DNA of 17,765 nucleotides from Giardia intestinalis (Eukaryota): NCBI GenBank assembly GCA_000002435.2, contig AACB03000033.1; one strand, 5' to 3'. Shown piece by piece: positions 1 to 7,646 of this stretch (position 1 is its first letter; each line of letters starts with the position of its first letter). The notes under the pieces were generated by a model. It saw only the letters and a program-made list of their open reading frames with translations, ran no database searches and was not told where the DNA came from. The position numbers and the translations under genes were made by a program.

Positions 1-1834
1 GGAGTGTGCACTGCTTGTAAGAGCAGCTAACGGCCTGTTCAAGAACCCAGTTACACCTCAGAAGCCTGGTAGTGAGTGCATCCTCTGTCATGATGTCAAT
101 GGGGCAGATGGATATACAGGGGTGGCTAACTGCGCACAGTGTACCAAGTCAGACAGTAGTCCAGGACCTGCCACGTGTACAGAGTGCCAAGATGGATACT
201 ACAAGAACTCTCAGACATGTGTCAAATGTAATGAAGCTTGTCTGACCTGCGATGGAAGTGGTCAGAATCATTGTACATCGTGCCCAGAGGGGAAGTACCT
301 GAAGAGTAATCAATGTGTACAAGATACTGGATGCGATGGAAACACTTATGCTGACCCGGAGTCGGGAACATGCAAGGCATGTAGTACGATACACGCAGAG
401 TGCACGGCATGCTCCTTCGACAAGGCCACGGGGAAGCCGAAGTGCACTAACTGCGGGACCAATAAGACCCCCAGGACGGCCCTCGACGGGACATCGACCT
501 GCGTGGCGAAGACGCTTGAAGGATGCGAGGGCGCTGACGAGGCCTTATTTATGAAGGAGGACAAAACGTGTGCTCTTTGTAGTGATGTGACAGATTCAAC
601 TCTTGGTAACGAAGGAAAGGCCAACTGCAAGACATGTACGAAAACAGGAAGTGACAATCCAACCTGCTCAGCCTGTCTCGATGGATACTTCTTTGATAGT
701 GGTACTAGTACATGTACAGACAAGTGTGGTGATAACTGTGCCACATGCTCTGTTGCTGGTGATCCAAATAAGTGTGAAACCTGCAAGACTGGATACTTCT
801 TAGTAACTACTACAGATCAACAGGGGAAGAAGTGCGTCCCATGCGATAGCGTAGACGATAAGGGTCGCGAAGGCTGCAGTGTCTGCTCTAACAACGGTGC
901 TTTCAAGTGCACTGACTGTAAGCCTAACTATCGCAAGGAGGGCAGTACTGGCTCTGTCACATGCACCAAGATCTGTGAAGATGATACTGCCTGTGGAGGA
1001 ACTTCTGGTGCCTGCGATGCAATAGTGATTGATGATAAGGGTGTAGAGCATCATTATTGCTCATACTGTGGAGAAGCTAATACGTATCCTATAGATGGGA
1101 AGTGTAATAGTGCTAAAGCAAATAATCAATGTGATCAAGGTGTATGTACACAATGCACTAACAACTACTTCTTGTATATGGGAGGTTGTTACAAGGTTGA
1201 TACAGTACCTGGACAACATATGTGCAAGACAGCAGCCAACGGTGTCTGTACTGCTGTTAATGCCAACAATAGGTACTTCGTAGTCCCTGGGGCAACCAAT
1301 CAGAATCAGTCTGTATTGGCATGTAGCAACTCCCTTGGCACACTAGTAGGCACTGGTGATACCTCTAAGGCATATGTGGGGGTAGATGGCTGTTCGGCAT
1401 GTACGGCCCCAGCAGCTCCATCTGAGACTGGTATGACTGCTGCTGTGTGTACAGCGTGTACCAACAACAACAAGCCCAACCTGGCTGGGAGCGGGTGCTT
1501 CGCATGTACCGTTGACGGATGCTCGCACTGTGGAGCAGGCGGTAAGTGCGAGGCCTGTACCAGTAAAGACCAGAGGCCGAACACAGACGGAACGAAGTGC
1601 ATCGCCTGCAATATCGACGGGTGCGTCAGGTGCAGCGAGGAGAACAAGTGCGGCCAGTGTGGGGACGACTACAGGCTGGAGGGTGAGGCGTGCGTGTCCA
1701 CCAAGCCCAGCGGGGGCAACAGAAGCGGCCTCAGTACTGGTGCCATAGCAGGGATCTCCGTGGCTGTCATCGCTGTCGTGGGGGGCCTCGTGGGCTTCCT
1801 CTGCTGGTGGTTCGTGTGCAGGGGGAAGGCGTGA
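1..1834 (+). CDS. vsp: VSP-family cysteine-rich surface protein, unit 1 (type A). The 5' end is cut by the window edge and carries a 1-nt insertion frameshift near nt 23, so the upstream frame hits TAA at 28-30. Probable pseudogene or base-call error. The ORF-finder segment 122..1834 is intact.
   Basis: About 11-12% Cys, many CXXC pairs, the GGCY motif (FLYMGGCYKVD), and the C-terminal TM plus CRGKA* tail. Nearly identical to units 3 and 9. Nt 1-20 (GVCTAC) align to units 3 and 9 in frame 1. From nt 32 onward the homologous frame is frame 2. Confidence 0.85.
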   Translation, partial: ECALLVRAANGLFKNPVTPQKPGSECILCHDVNGADGYTGVANCAQCTKSDSSPGPATCTECQDGYYKNSQTCVKCNEACLTCDGSGQNHCTSCPEGKYLKSNQCVQDTGCDGNTYADPESGTCKACSTIHAECTACSFDKATGKPKCTNCGTNKTPRTALDGTSTCVAKTLEGCEGADEALFMKEDKTCALCSDVTDSTLGNEGKANCKTCTKTGSDNPTCSACLDGYFFDSGTSTCTDKCGDNCATCSVAGDPNKCETCKTGYFLVTTTDQQGKKCVPCDSVDDKGREGCSVCSNNGAFKCTDCKPNYRKEGSTGSVTCTKICEDDTACGGTSGACDAIVIDDKGVEHHYCSYCGEANTYPIDGKCNSAKANNQCDQGVCTQCTNNYFLYMGGCYKVDTVPGQHMCKTAANGVCTAVNANNRYFVVPGATNQNQSVLACSNSLGTLVGTGDTSKAYVGVDGCSACTAPAAPSETGMTAAVCTACTNNNKPNLAGSGCFACTVDGCSHCGAGGKCEACTSKDQRPNTDGTKCIACNIDGCVRCSEENKCGQCGDDYRLEGEACVSTKPSGGNRSGLSTGAIAGISVAVIAVVGGLVGFLCWWFVCRGKA

Positions 1835-1891
1835 CTTGGGTAGTGAATGCTGTACAATGGGTGATAGTGTGTGATAGTATGATAGTGGAGT
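1835..1891 (+). repeat. Inter-unit spacer. PolyA signal AGTGAAT at 1842-1848, then about 3 GTGATAG-like repeats (~1861-1885), then the GGAGTGTGATATGCAC box.
   Basis: AGTGAAT lies 7 nt after TGA (Giardia AGTRAAY consensus). The repeats supply TGA/TAG stops in all frames. The long frame of unit 2 opens at 1886, directly after TAG 1883-1885. Confidence 0.8.
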
Positions 1892-3718
1892 GTGATATGC
1901 ACACAGGCCAGTAATGGAGTATGCACTGCTTGTAATACAGATAGTCAGTACATATTCCAGAATGGGGCAGACAAGGTGACCCCTGGTGGGGAGTGCATCC
2001 TCTGTCATGATGCCACAGGAGCGAATGAGAACAAGGGAGTGGCCAACTGTCTCAAGTGCACGGCACCTGGTGGCAATACAGGAGCGGCCACGTGCACCGA
2101 GTGTCAAGATGGGTACTACATGGACTCTCAGGCATGTACCAAATGTGATGGTACTTGTCTGACCTGTGAGACATCGGCGACCCAGTGTACCTCTTGTAAG
2201 GGAAATACGTTCCTGAAGGATAATGCATGCGTGAATAGTGATGGATGCACTGGAAACACTTATGCTGACCCTATGACAATGACATGCAAGGAGTCTGGTA
2301 TAGCAGATTGCACCGCGTGTGAGTACAACACGACTGTCAGCAAGCCCCAGTGCACCGCCTGTAACAATAAGAAGGTGAAGACAGAGCTGGATGGGACAAC
2401 CACTTGCGTCGATGATGCTGGGTGCGCAACAGATAACGTCGACGGATCCCACTTTCTGAGTGATGATAGCACCAAGTGCATATTATGCAGTGATACAACA
2501 ACAGGAACAGAAGCAAACGACAAGGGGATTGCTAATTGTAAAACGTGTAAGAAGAACGGAGCCAAGCCGACCTGCTCAGCTTGCCTCGACGGATACTTTG
2601 GTTCTGATACATGCACAGCTTGCGGTGCCAACTGTGCTACATGCTCTGCTGCTGGCAATGATCAGTGCACTAAATGCAAGCCTGGATTCTTCATGAAACA
2701 ACCCGGCTCTGCTGGTAAGTGCTTCGCCTGCGACAGTAAAGCCGACAATGGCATCGAGGGGTGCTCCCAATGTAACAGCGGCCTAACCCCTACATGCACC
2801 GATTGCAAGTCCAACTATCGCAAGGAGGGAACCAATCCGGTGAAGTGCACAAAGGCCTGCGAGGACCCCACGGCCTGCGGGGGGACGTCTGGGGCCTGCG
2901 GGGCGGTCGTCGTTGACAGCGCCGGGGCGTTCTCCCAGTACTGCTCGCTGTGCGGAGACCCCGCCACGTTCCCCATCGATGGGATCTGCACAGGAACTAA
3001 GGGTGACAACACCTGTGCCAATGGCGTCTGCACCCGGTGTGCTGCCGGGTTCTTCCTGTACATGGGCGGCTGCTATGATGTGTCGAAGGCTCCTGGCAGC
3101 CACATGTGCAAGACTGCCGAGGGAGGGAGGTGCACCGCCCCCAGCGAGAACGGCCGGTACTTCCTGGTCCCGGGGGCATCCAATACTGATCAGTCTGTCC
3201 TGGCCTGCGAGAACCCCCTAGGCACACTAGTAGGCACTGGTGATACTGCTAAGGCATACGTGGGGGTACTCAACTGTTCACAGTGTACAGCCCCAGCAGC
3301 TCCATCTGATGGTGGCATGACTGCCGCCACGTGCACAGCGTGTACCAACAACAACAAGCCCAACCTGGCTGGGAGCGGGTGCTTCCCATGTACCGTTAGT
3401 GGATGCTCGCACTGTGGAGCAGGCGATAAGTGCGAGGCCTGTACCAGTAAAGACCAGAGGCCGAACACAGACGGAACGAAGTGCATCGCCTGCAATATCG
3501 ACGGGTGCGTCAGGTGCAGCGAGGAGAACAAGTGCGGCCAGTGCGGGGACGACTACAGGCTGGAGGGTGAGGCGTGCGTGTCCACCAAGCCCAGCGGGGG
3601 CAACAGAAGCGGCCTCAGTACTGGTGCCATAGCAGGGATCTCCGTGGCTGTCATCGCTGTCGTGGGGGGCCTCGTGGGCTTCCTCTGCTGGTGGTTCGTG
3701 TGCAGGGGGAAGGCGTGA
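1892..3718 (+). CDS. vsp: VSP-family protein, unit 2 (type B, 608 aa as called from GTG; no in-frame ATG at the 5' end).
   Basis: CXXC-rich with GGCY (FLYMGGCYDVS) and the CRGKA* tail. The N-terminal ~450 aa are unique (MICTQASNGVCTACNTDSQ...). The 3' ~500 nt (about 3220-3718) are near-identical to the type A units. Confidence 0.85.
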   Translation: MICTQASNGVCTACNTDSQYIFQNGADKVTPGGECILCHDATGANENKGVANCLKCTAPGGNTGAATCTECQDGYYMDSQACTKCDGTCLTCETSATQCTSCKGNTFLKDNACVNSDGCTGNTYADPMTMTCKESGIADCTACEYNTTVSKPQCTACNNKKVKTELDGTTTCVDDAGCATDNVDGSHFLSDDSTKCILCSDTTTGTEANDKGIANCKTCKKNGAKPTCSACLDGYFGSDTCTACGANCATCSAAGNDQCTKCKPGFFMKQPGSAGKCFACDSKADNGIEGCSQCNSGLTPTCTDCKSNYRKEGTNPVKCTKACEDPTACGGTSGACGAVVVDSAGAFSQYCSLCGDPATFPIDGICTGTKGDNTCANGVCTRCAAGFFLYMGGCYDVSKAPGSHMCKTAEGGRCTAPSENGRYFLVPGASNTDQSVLACENPLGTLVGTGDTAKAYVGVLNCSQCTAPAAPSDGGMTAATCTACTNNNKPNLAGSGCFPCTVSGCSHCGAGDKCEACTSKDQRPNTDGTKCIACNIDGCVRCSEENKCGQCGDDYRLEGEACVSTKPSGGNRSGLSTGAIAGISVAVIAVVGGLVGFLCWWFVCRGKA

Positions 3719-3796
3719 CTTGGGTAGTGAATGCTGTACAATGGGTGATAGTGTGTGATAGAGGGTGATAGTGTGATGATAGTGTGATAGTGGAGT
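3719..3796 (+). repeat. Inter-unit spacer. PolyA signal 3726-3732, then 5 GTGATAG-like repeats (3746-3790), then the conserved box.
   Basis: This spacer has the largest copy number of the minisatellite in the window. The out-of-frame ATG at 3802-3804 reads atg cac aaa ggc tga. Confidence 0.8.
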
Positions 3797-5653
3797 GTGA
3801 TATGCACAAAGGCTGAGGGAGGAGTGTGCACTGCTTGTAAAGCAGATAACGGCCTGTTCAAGAACCCAGTTACACCTCAGAAGCCTGGTAGTGAGTGCAT
3901 CCTCTGTCATGATGTCAATGGGGCAGATGGATATACAGGGGTGGCTAACTGCGCACAGTGTACCAAGTCAGACAGTAGTCCAGGACCTGCCACGTGTACA
4001 GAGTGCCAAGATGGATACTACAAGAACTCTCAGACATGTGTCAAATGTAATGAAGCTTGTCTGACCTGCGATGGAAGTGGTCAGAATCATTGTACATCGT
4101 GCCCAGAGGGGAAGTACCTGAAGAGTAATCAATGTGTACAAGATACTGGATGCGATGGAAACACTTATGCTGACCCGGAGTCGGGAACATGCAAGGCATG
4201 TAGTACGATACACGCAGAGTGCACGGCATGCTCCTTCGACAAGGCCACGGGGAAGCCGAAGTGCACTAACTGCGGGACCAATAAGACCCCCAGGACGGCC
4301 CTCGACGGGACATCGACCTGCGTGGCGAAGACGCTTGAAGGATGCGAGGGCGCTGACGAGGCCTTATTTATGAAGGAGGACAAAACGTGTGCTCTTTGTA
4401 GTGATGTGACAGATTCAACTCTTGGTAACGAAGGAAAGGCCAACTGCAAGACATGTACGAAAACAGGAAGTGACAATCCAACCTGCTCAGCCTGTCTCGA
4501 TGGATACTTCTTTGATAGTGGTACTAGTACATGTACAGACAAGTGTGGTGATAACTGTGCCACATGCTCTGTTGCTGGTGATCCAAATAAGTGTGAAACC
4601 TGCAAGACTGGATACTTCTTAGTAACTACTACAGATCAACAGGGGAAGAAGTGCGTCCCATGCGATAGCGTAGACGATAAGGGTCGCGAAGGCTGCAGTG
4701 TCTGCTCTAACAACGGTGCTTTCAAGTGCACTGACTGTAAGCCTAACTATCGCAAGGAGGGCAGTACTGGCTCTGTCACATGCACCAAGATCTGTGAAGA
4801 TGATACTGCCTGTGGAGGAACTTCTGGTGCCTGCGATGCAATAGTGATTGATGATAAGGGTGTAGAGCATCATTATTGCTCATACTGTGGAGAAGCTAAT
4901 ACGTATCCTATAGATGGGAAGTGTAATAGTGCTAAAGCAAATAATCAATGTGATCAAGGTGTATGTACACAATGCACTAACAACTACTTCTTGTATATGG
5001 GAGGTTGTTACAAGGTTGATACAGTACCTGGACAACATATGTGCAAGACAGCAGCCAACGGTGTCTGTACTGCTGTTAATGCCAACAATAGGTACTTCAT
5101 AGTCCCTGGGGCAACCAATCAGAATCAGTCTGTATTGGCATGTAGCAACTCCCTTGGCACACTAGTAGGCACTGGTGATACCTCTAAGGCATATGTGGGG
5201 GTAGATGGCTGTTCGGCATGTACGGCCCCAGCAGCTCCATCTGAGACTGGTATGACTGCTGCTGTGTGTACAGCGTGTACCAACAACAACAAGCCCAACC
5301 TGGCTGGGAGCGGGTGCTTCGCATGTACCGTTGACGGATGCTCGCACTGTGGAGCAGGCGATAAGTGCGAGGCCTGTACCAGTAAAGACCAGAGGCCGAA
5401 CACAGACGGAACGAAGTGCATCGCCTGCAATATCGACGGGTGCGTCAGGTGCAGCGAGGAGAACAAGTGCGGCCAGTGTGGGGACGACTACAGGCTGGAG
5501 GGTGAGGCGTGCGTGTCCACCAAGCCCAGCGGGGGCAACAGAAGCGGCCTCAGTACTGGTGCCATAGCAGGGATCTCCGTGGCTGTCATCGCTGTCGTGG
5601 GGGGCCTCGTGGGCTTCCTCTGCTGGTGGTTCGTGTGCAGGGGGAAGGCGTGA
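3797..5653 (+). CDS. vsp: VSP-family protein, unit 3 (type A, 618 aa from GTG; start undefined).
   Basis: Full-length type A copy with GGCY and the CRGKA* tail. It differs from unit 9 only in short patches (N-terminal KAEGG/AASDG, DGCSACTAPAAP/LNCSACTAPTAP, GAGDKC/GAGGKC). Confidence 0.87.
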   Translation: MICTKAEGGVCTACKADNGLFKNPVTPQKPGSECILCHDVNGADGYTGVANCAQCTKSDSSPGPATCTECQDGYYKNSQTCVKCNEACLTCDGSGQNHCTSCPEGKYLKSNQCVQDTGCDGNTYADPESGTCKACSTIHAECTACSFDKATGKPKCTNCGTNKTPRTALDGTSTCVAKTLEGCEGADEALFMKEDKTCALCSDVTDSTLGNEGKANCKTCTKTGSDNPTCSACLDGYFFDSGTSTCTDKCGDNCATCSVAGDPNKCETCKTGYFLVTTTDQQGKKCVPCDSVDDKGREGCSVCSNNGAFKCTDCKPNYRKEGSTGSVTCTKICEDDTACGGTSGACDAIVIDDKGVEHHYCSYCGEANTYPIDGKCNSAKANNQCDQGVCTQCTNNYFLYMGGCYKVDTVPGQHMCKTAANGVCTAVNANNRYFIVPGATNQNQSVLACSNSLGTLVGTGDTSKAYVGVDGCSACTAPAAPSETGMTAAVCTACTNNNKPNLAGSGCFACTVDGCSHCGAGDKCEACTSKDQRPNTDGTKCIACNIDGCVRCSEENKCGQCGDDYRLEGEACVSTKPSGGNRSGLSTGAIAGISVAVIAVVGGLVGFLCWWFVCRGKA

Positions 5654-5704
5654 CTTGGGTAGTGAATGCTGTACAATGTGTGATAGAGGGTGATAGTATG
5701 ATAG
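5654..5704 (+). repeat. Inter-unit spacer. PolyA signal 5661-5667, then ~3 GTGATAG-like repeats, ending at the in-frame TAG 5702-5704.
   Basis: Identical spacer to 9381-9431 and nearly identical to 13111-13161. Confidence 0.8.
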
Positions 5705-5848
5705 TGGAGTGAGATATGCACAAAGGCTGAGGGAGGACTGTGCACTGCTTGTAAGGCAGATAACGGCCTGTTCAAGAACCCGGCTGCAACACCAGAGAAG
5801 GGTAGTGAGTGCATACTGTGCTCTGATACGACAGATAGAAACGGGGTC

Positions 5849-7579
5849 ATGGGAGTCGCTGGATGCTCAGAATGCTCCCACACGGGCACTAGCGGACCGG
5901 CCACGTGTACAGAGTGTCAAGCAGGGTTCGTTACGAAGGACAGTGCATGTGTGAAGTGCGGAGACGGCTGCTCTGCTTGCTCAGCTGATACTCCGACTCA
6001 GTGTACCGCCTGCGTTGAGGGGAAGTACCTGAAGGATGGTAACACTTGTGTAGATGCTGGTGGATGTGACAATGGTAACTATGCGGACAAGAAGACCTGG
6101 ACCTGTAAGGCCTGCAGTGAGATACAAGGATGCACCGCGTGTGCATACGACGACGCCACGGGAAAGCCGAAGTGCACCGACTGCGGTAGTAAGACGGTCA
6201 GAGACGAGCTGGATGGGACAACGACCTGTGTTGATGAGGCCGAGTGCAAAGTGGGCAAGACGCACTTCTACGACGCCTCGAAGTGCGTGCAGTGCGGCGA
6301 CAATGGTAAGGGCGGAGTCCAGAACTGCAAGCTGTGCACCGCAAAAGGCACCTGCGAGGCTTGTGTCGACGGGTATAAAGTCAACGGAAACGCCTGCGAG
6401 GCCTGCACAGGAAACTGCGCAGAGTGCGGAACAGCGGGTCAAATCAACACATGTACAAGATGCATGCCGGGGTACTTCCTTAAGGATGGCCCGCCTAAGA
6501 CATGCGTTCTCTGTGATGACGAGACAAGTGGGATTCCAGGCTGTGCCGAGTGCACAGGCGGCGTGGGGTCCCTCAAATGCACTGAATGTAAGCCCAACTA
6601 CAGACCCAGCGGAGAACCTAGCGACCTCACATGTACAAAGACCTGTGAAGATGAGACTGCATGTGGAGGGACAGCAGGGGCCTGCGACGCCATCGTGGTC
6701 GGCAACGACGGCAGCATGCTCTCTTACTGTTCAAAGTGTGTTGGCGCCGGCTATGGCCCTATTAATGGGAAGTGCACCAATGCACTTGCAGGTAATACCT
6801 GCGCCGATGGCGTATGTACGCGGTGCACCAACAACTACTTCCTCTATATGGGTGGTTGCTATGATGTGTCGAAGGCTCCTGGCAACCTCATGTGCTCTGC
6901 GGCTCCAAGTGGGTTCTGCACCACACCGGTCGGGCGCTACTTCAAGATTCCCGGGGACTCTGCTGCTCAGCAGTCCGTGCTTGCCTGTGGCAACCCTGTG
7001 GGAGCGACCGCGGGCGACAAGGCGTACGTCGGCGTGCTAGACTGCACGGCGTGCGCGGCCCCGCAGGCGCCAGCCGCCAATGCGATGGCCGCGGCGGTCT
7101 GTAGTGCGTGCGACAAGACGAAGAAGCCCAACAAGGATGGCAGCGGGTGCACCCTGTGTGCGGTCGGCGGGTGCAAGAGCTGCGCCATCGACGGGATGTG
7201 CGAGGTGTGTGCTGAGGACAATAAGAAGCCCAACATGGCTGGAAGCACCTGCTATGTGTGTCCGGCCCAGGGCTGCTCTCACTGCAGCGCAGACAACAAG
7301 TGTGAGGCATGTACCAATAAAGACCAGAGACCCAGCCTGGACGGCACCCAGTGCATTGTCTGTGACATAGAGAGGTGCATGCGGTGCAGCGCAGAGGGCG
7401 TCTGCGGGGAGTGCGAGGAGGGCTATGTCCCGAGGGATGGCATGTGTGTGTCCTCTGGCACCAACAGGAGCGGGCTCTCCACGGGGGCCGTCGCGGGGAT
7501 CTCCGTCGCTGTGGTCGTCGTCGTGGGGGGCCTCGTGGGCTTCCTCTGCTGGTGGTTCGTGTGCAGGGGGAAGGCGTGA
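5849..7579 (+). CDS. vsp: VSP-family protein, unit 4 (type C, 576 aa from the first ATG). The frame is actually open from 5705 and encodes 47 further residues (WSEICTKAEGGLCTACKADNGLFKNPAATPEKGSECILCSDTTDRNGV) homologous to the N-termini of the other units.
   Basis: GC-rich codon usage, GGCY (FLYMGGCYDVS), CRGKA* tail with a VVVVV TM variant. The ATG at 5849 is probably an internal Met, because homology to paralogs extends upstream to 5714. Confidence 0.85.
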   Translation: MGVAGCSECSHTGTSGPATCTECQAGFVTKDSACVKCGDGCSACSADTPTQCTACVEGKYLKDGNTCVDAGGCDNGNYADKKTWTCKACSEIQGCTACAYDDATGKPKCTDCGSKTVRDELDGTTTCVDEAECKVGKTHFYDASKCVQCGDNGKGGVQNCKLCTAKGTCEACVDGYKVNGNACEACTGNCAECGTAGQINTCTRCMPGYFLKDGPPKTCVLCDDETSGIPGCAECTGGVGSLKCTECKPNYRPSGEPSDLTCTKTCEDETACGGTAGACDAIVVGNDGSMLSYCSKCVGAGYGPINGKCTNALAGNTCADGVCTRCTNNYFLYMGGCYDVSKAPGNLMCSAAPSGFCTTPVGRYFKIPGDSAAQQSVLACGNPVGATAGDKAYVGVLDCTACAAPQAPAANAMAAAVCSACDKTKKPNKDGSGCTLCAVGGCKSCAIDGMCEVCAEDNKKPNMAGSTCYVCPAQGCSHCSADNKCEACTNKDQRPSLDGTQCIVCDIERCMRCSAEGVCGECEEGYVPRDGMCVSSGTNRSGLSTGAVAGISVAVVVVVGGLVGFLCWWFVCRGKA

Positions 7580-7646
7580 CTTGGGTAGTGAATGCTATAC
7601 AATGTGTGATAATGGGTAATAGAGGGTGATAGTGTGATAGTGGAGT
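7580..7646 (+). repeat. Inter-unit spacer (D-type variant: ...GCTATACAATGTGTGATAATGGGTAATAGAGGGTGATAGTGTGATAG...). PolyA signal 7587-7593.
   Basis: Identical to the spacer at 11196-11262 apart from the first 11 nt (divergent unit-6 3' flank TGACTCAGGTAG vs TGACTTGGGTAG). The box variant is GGAGTGTGATATGTAC. Confidence 0.8.

Noticed and set aside
1898-1906. GCACACAG at the start of type B units, which resembles the ACACACAG 3' splice-site end of Giardia cis-introns. This raised the idea that a 5' exon with an ATG and signal peptide is spliced on.
   Set aside because: There is no CTRAC branch-point motif adjacent, and no matching 5' splice site anywhere upstream. The motif is not conserved in types A, C and D (CACAAAG, TACAAAG). 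A coincidence in one unit type is more likely.
1343-2452. Long minus-strand ORFs (e.g. 1343..2452 at 369 aa, 6942..7859 at 305 aa, 8957..9631 at 224 aa, 14494..15219 at 241 aa), some spanning unit junctions
   Set aside because: They lie antisense to the CXXC-rich VSP frames. Antisense of TGY/GGN-rich codons is depleted in stops, and antisense of the GTGATAG repeats (CTATCAC) carries no stops either. Their products are low-complexity (R/P/S/H/L-rich) with no recognisable motif. They recur only because the sense units recur.
3802-3816. ATG in the conserved box (e.g. 3802-3804, 1897-1899, 7657-7659) as the VSP start codon
   Set aside because: It is in the +2 frame relative to the VSP ORF and reaches TGA or TAA after 4-5 codons in every unit.
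5849-5851. ATG at 5849 (also 9576 and 13306) as the true start of units 4, 6 and 8
   Set aside because: The frame is open 144 nt further upstream (from 5705, 9432 and 13162). Those 47 codons are homologous to the N-termini of the other units (ICTKAEGG.CTACKADNGLFKNP...ECILC). Met here is most likely internal. MGVAGCSEC is also not a signal peptide.
6054-7040. Plus-strand alternate-frame ORFs inside units (6054..7040 and 13511..14497 at 328 aa; the 78-aa MTDARTVEQ... ORFs; the 81-aa MRYAQRLRED... ORFs)
   Set aside because: These are shifted-frame shadows of the GC-rich type C coding sequence (R/A/P-rich). The MRYAQ ORFs are simply the out-of-frame reading of the unit 4, 6 and 8 N-terminal extensions. 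The VSP frame is the one with CXXC periodicity, GGCY, a TM segment and CRGKA.
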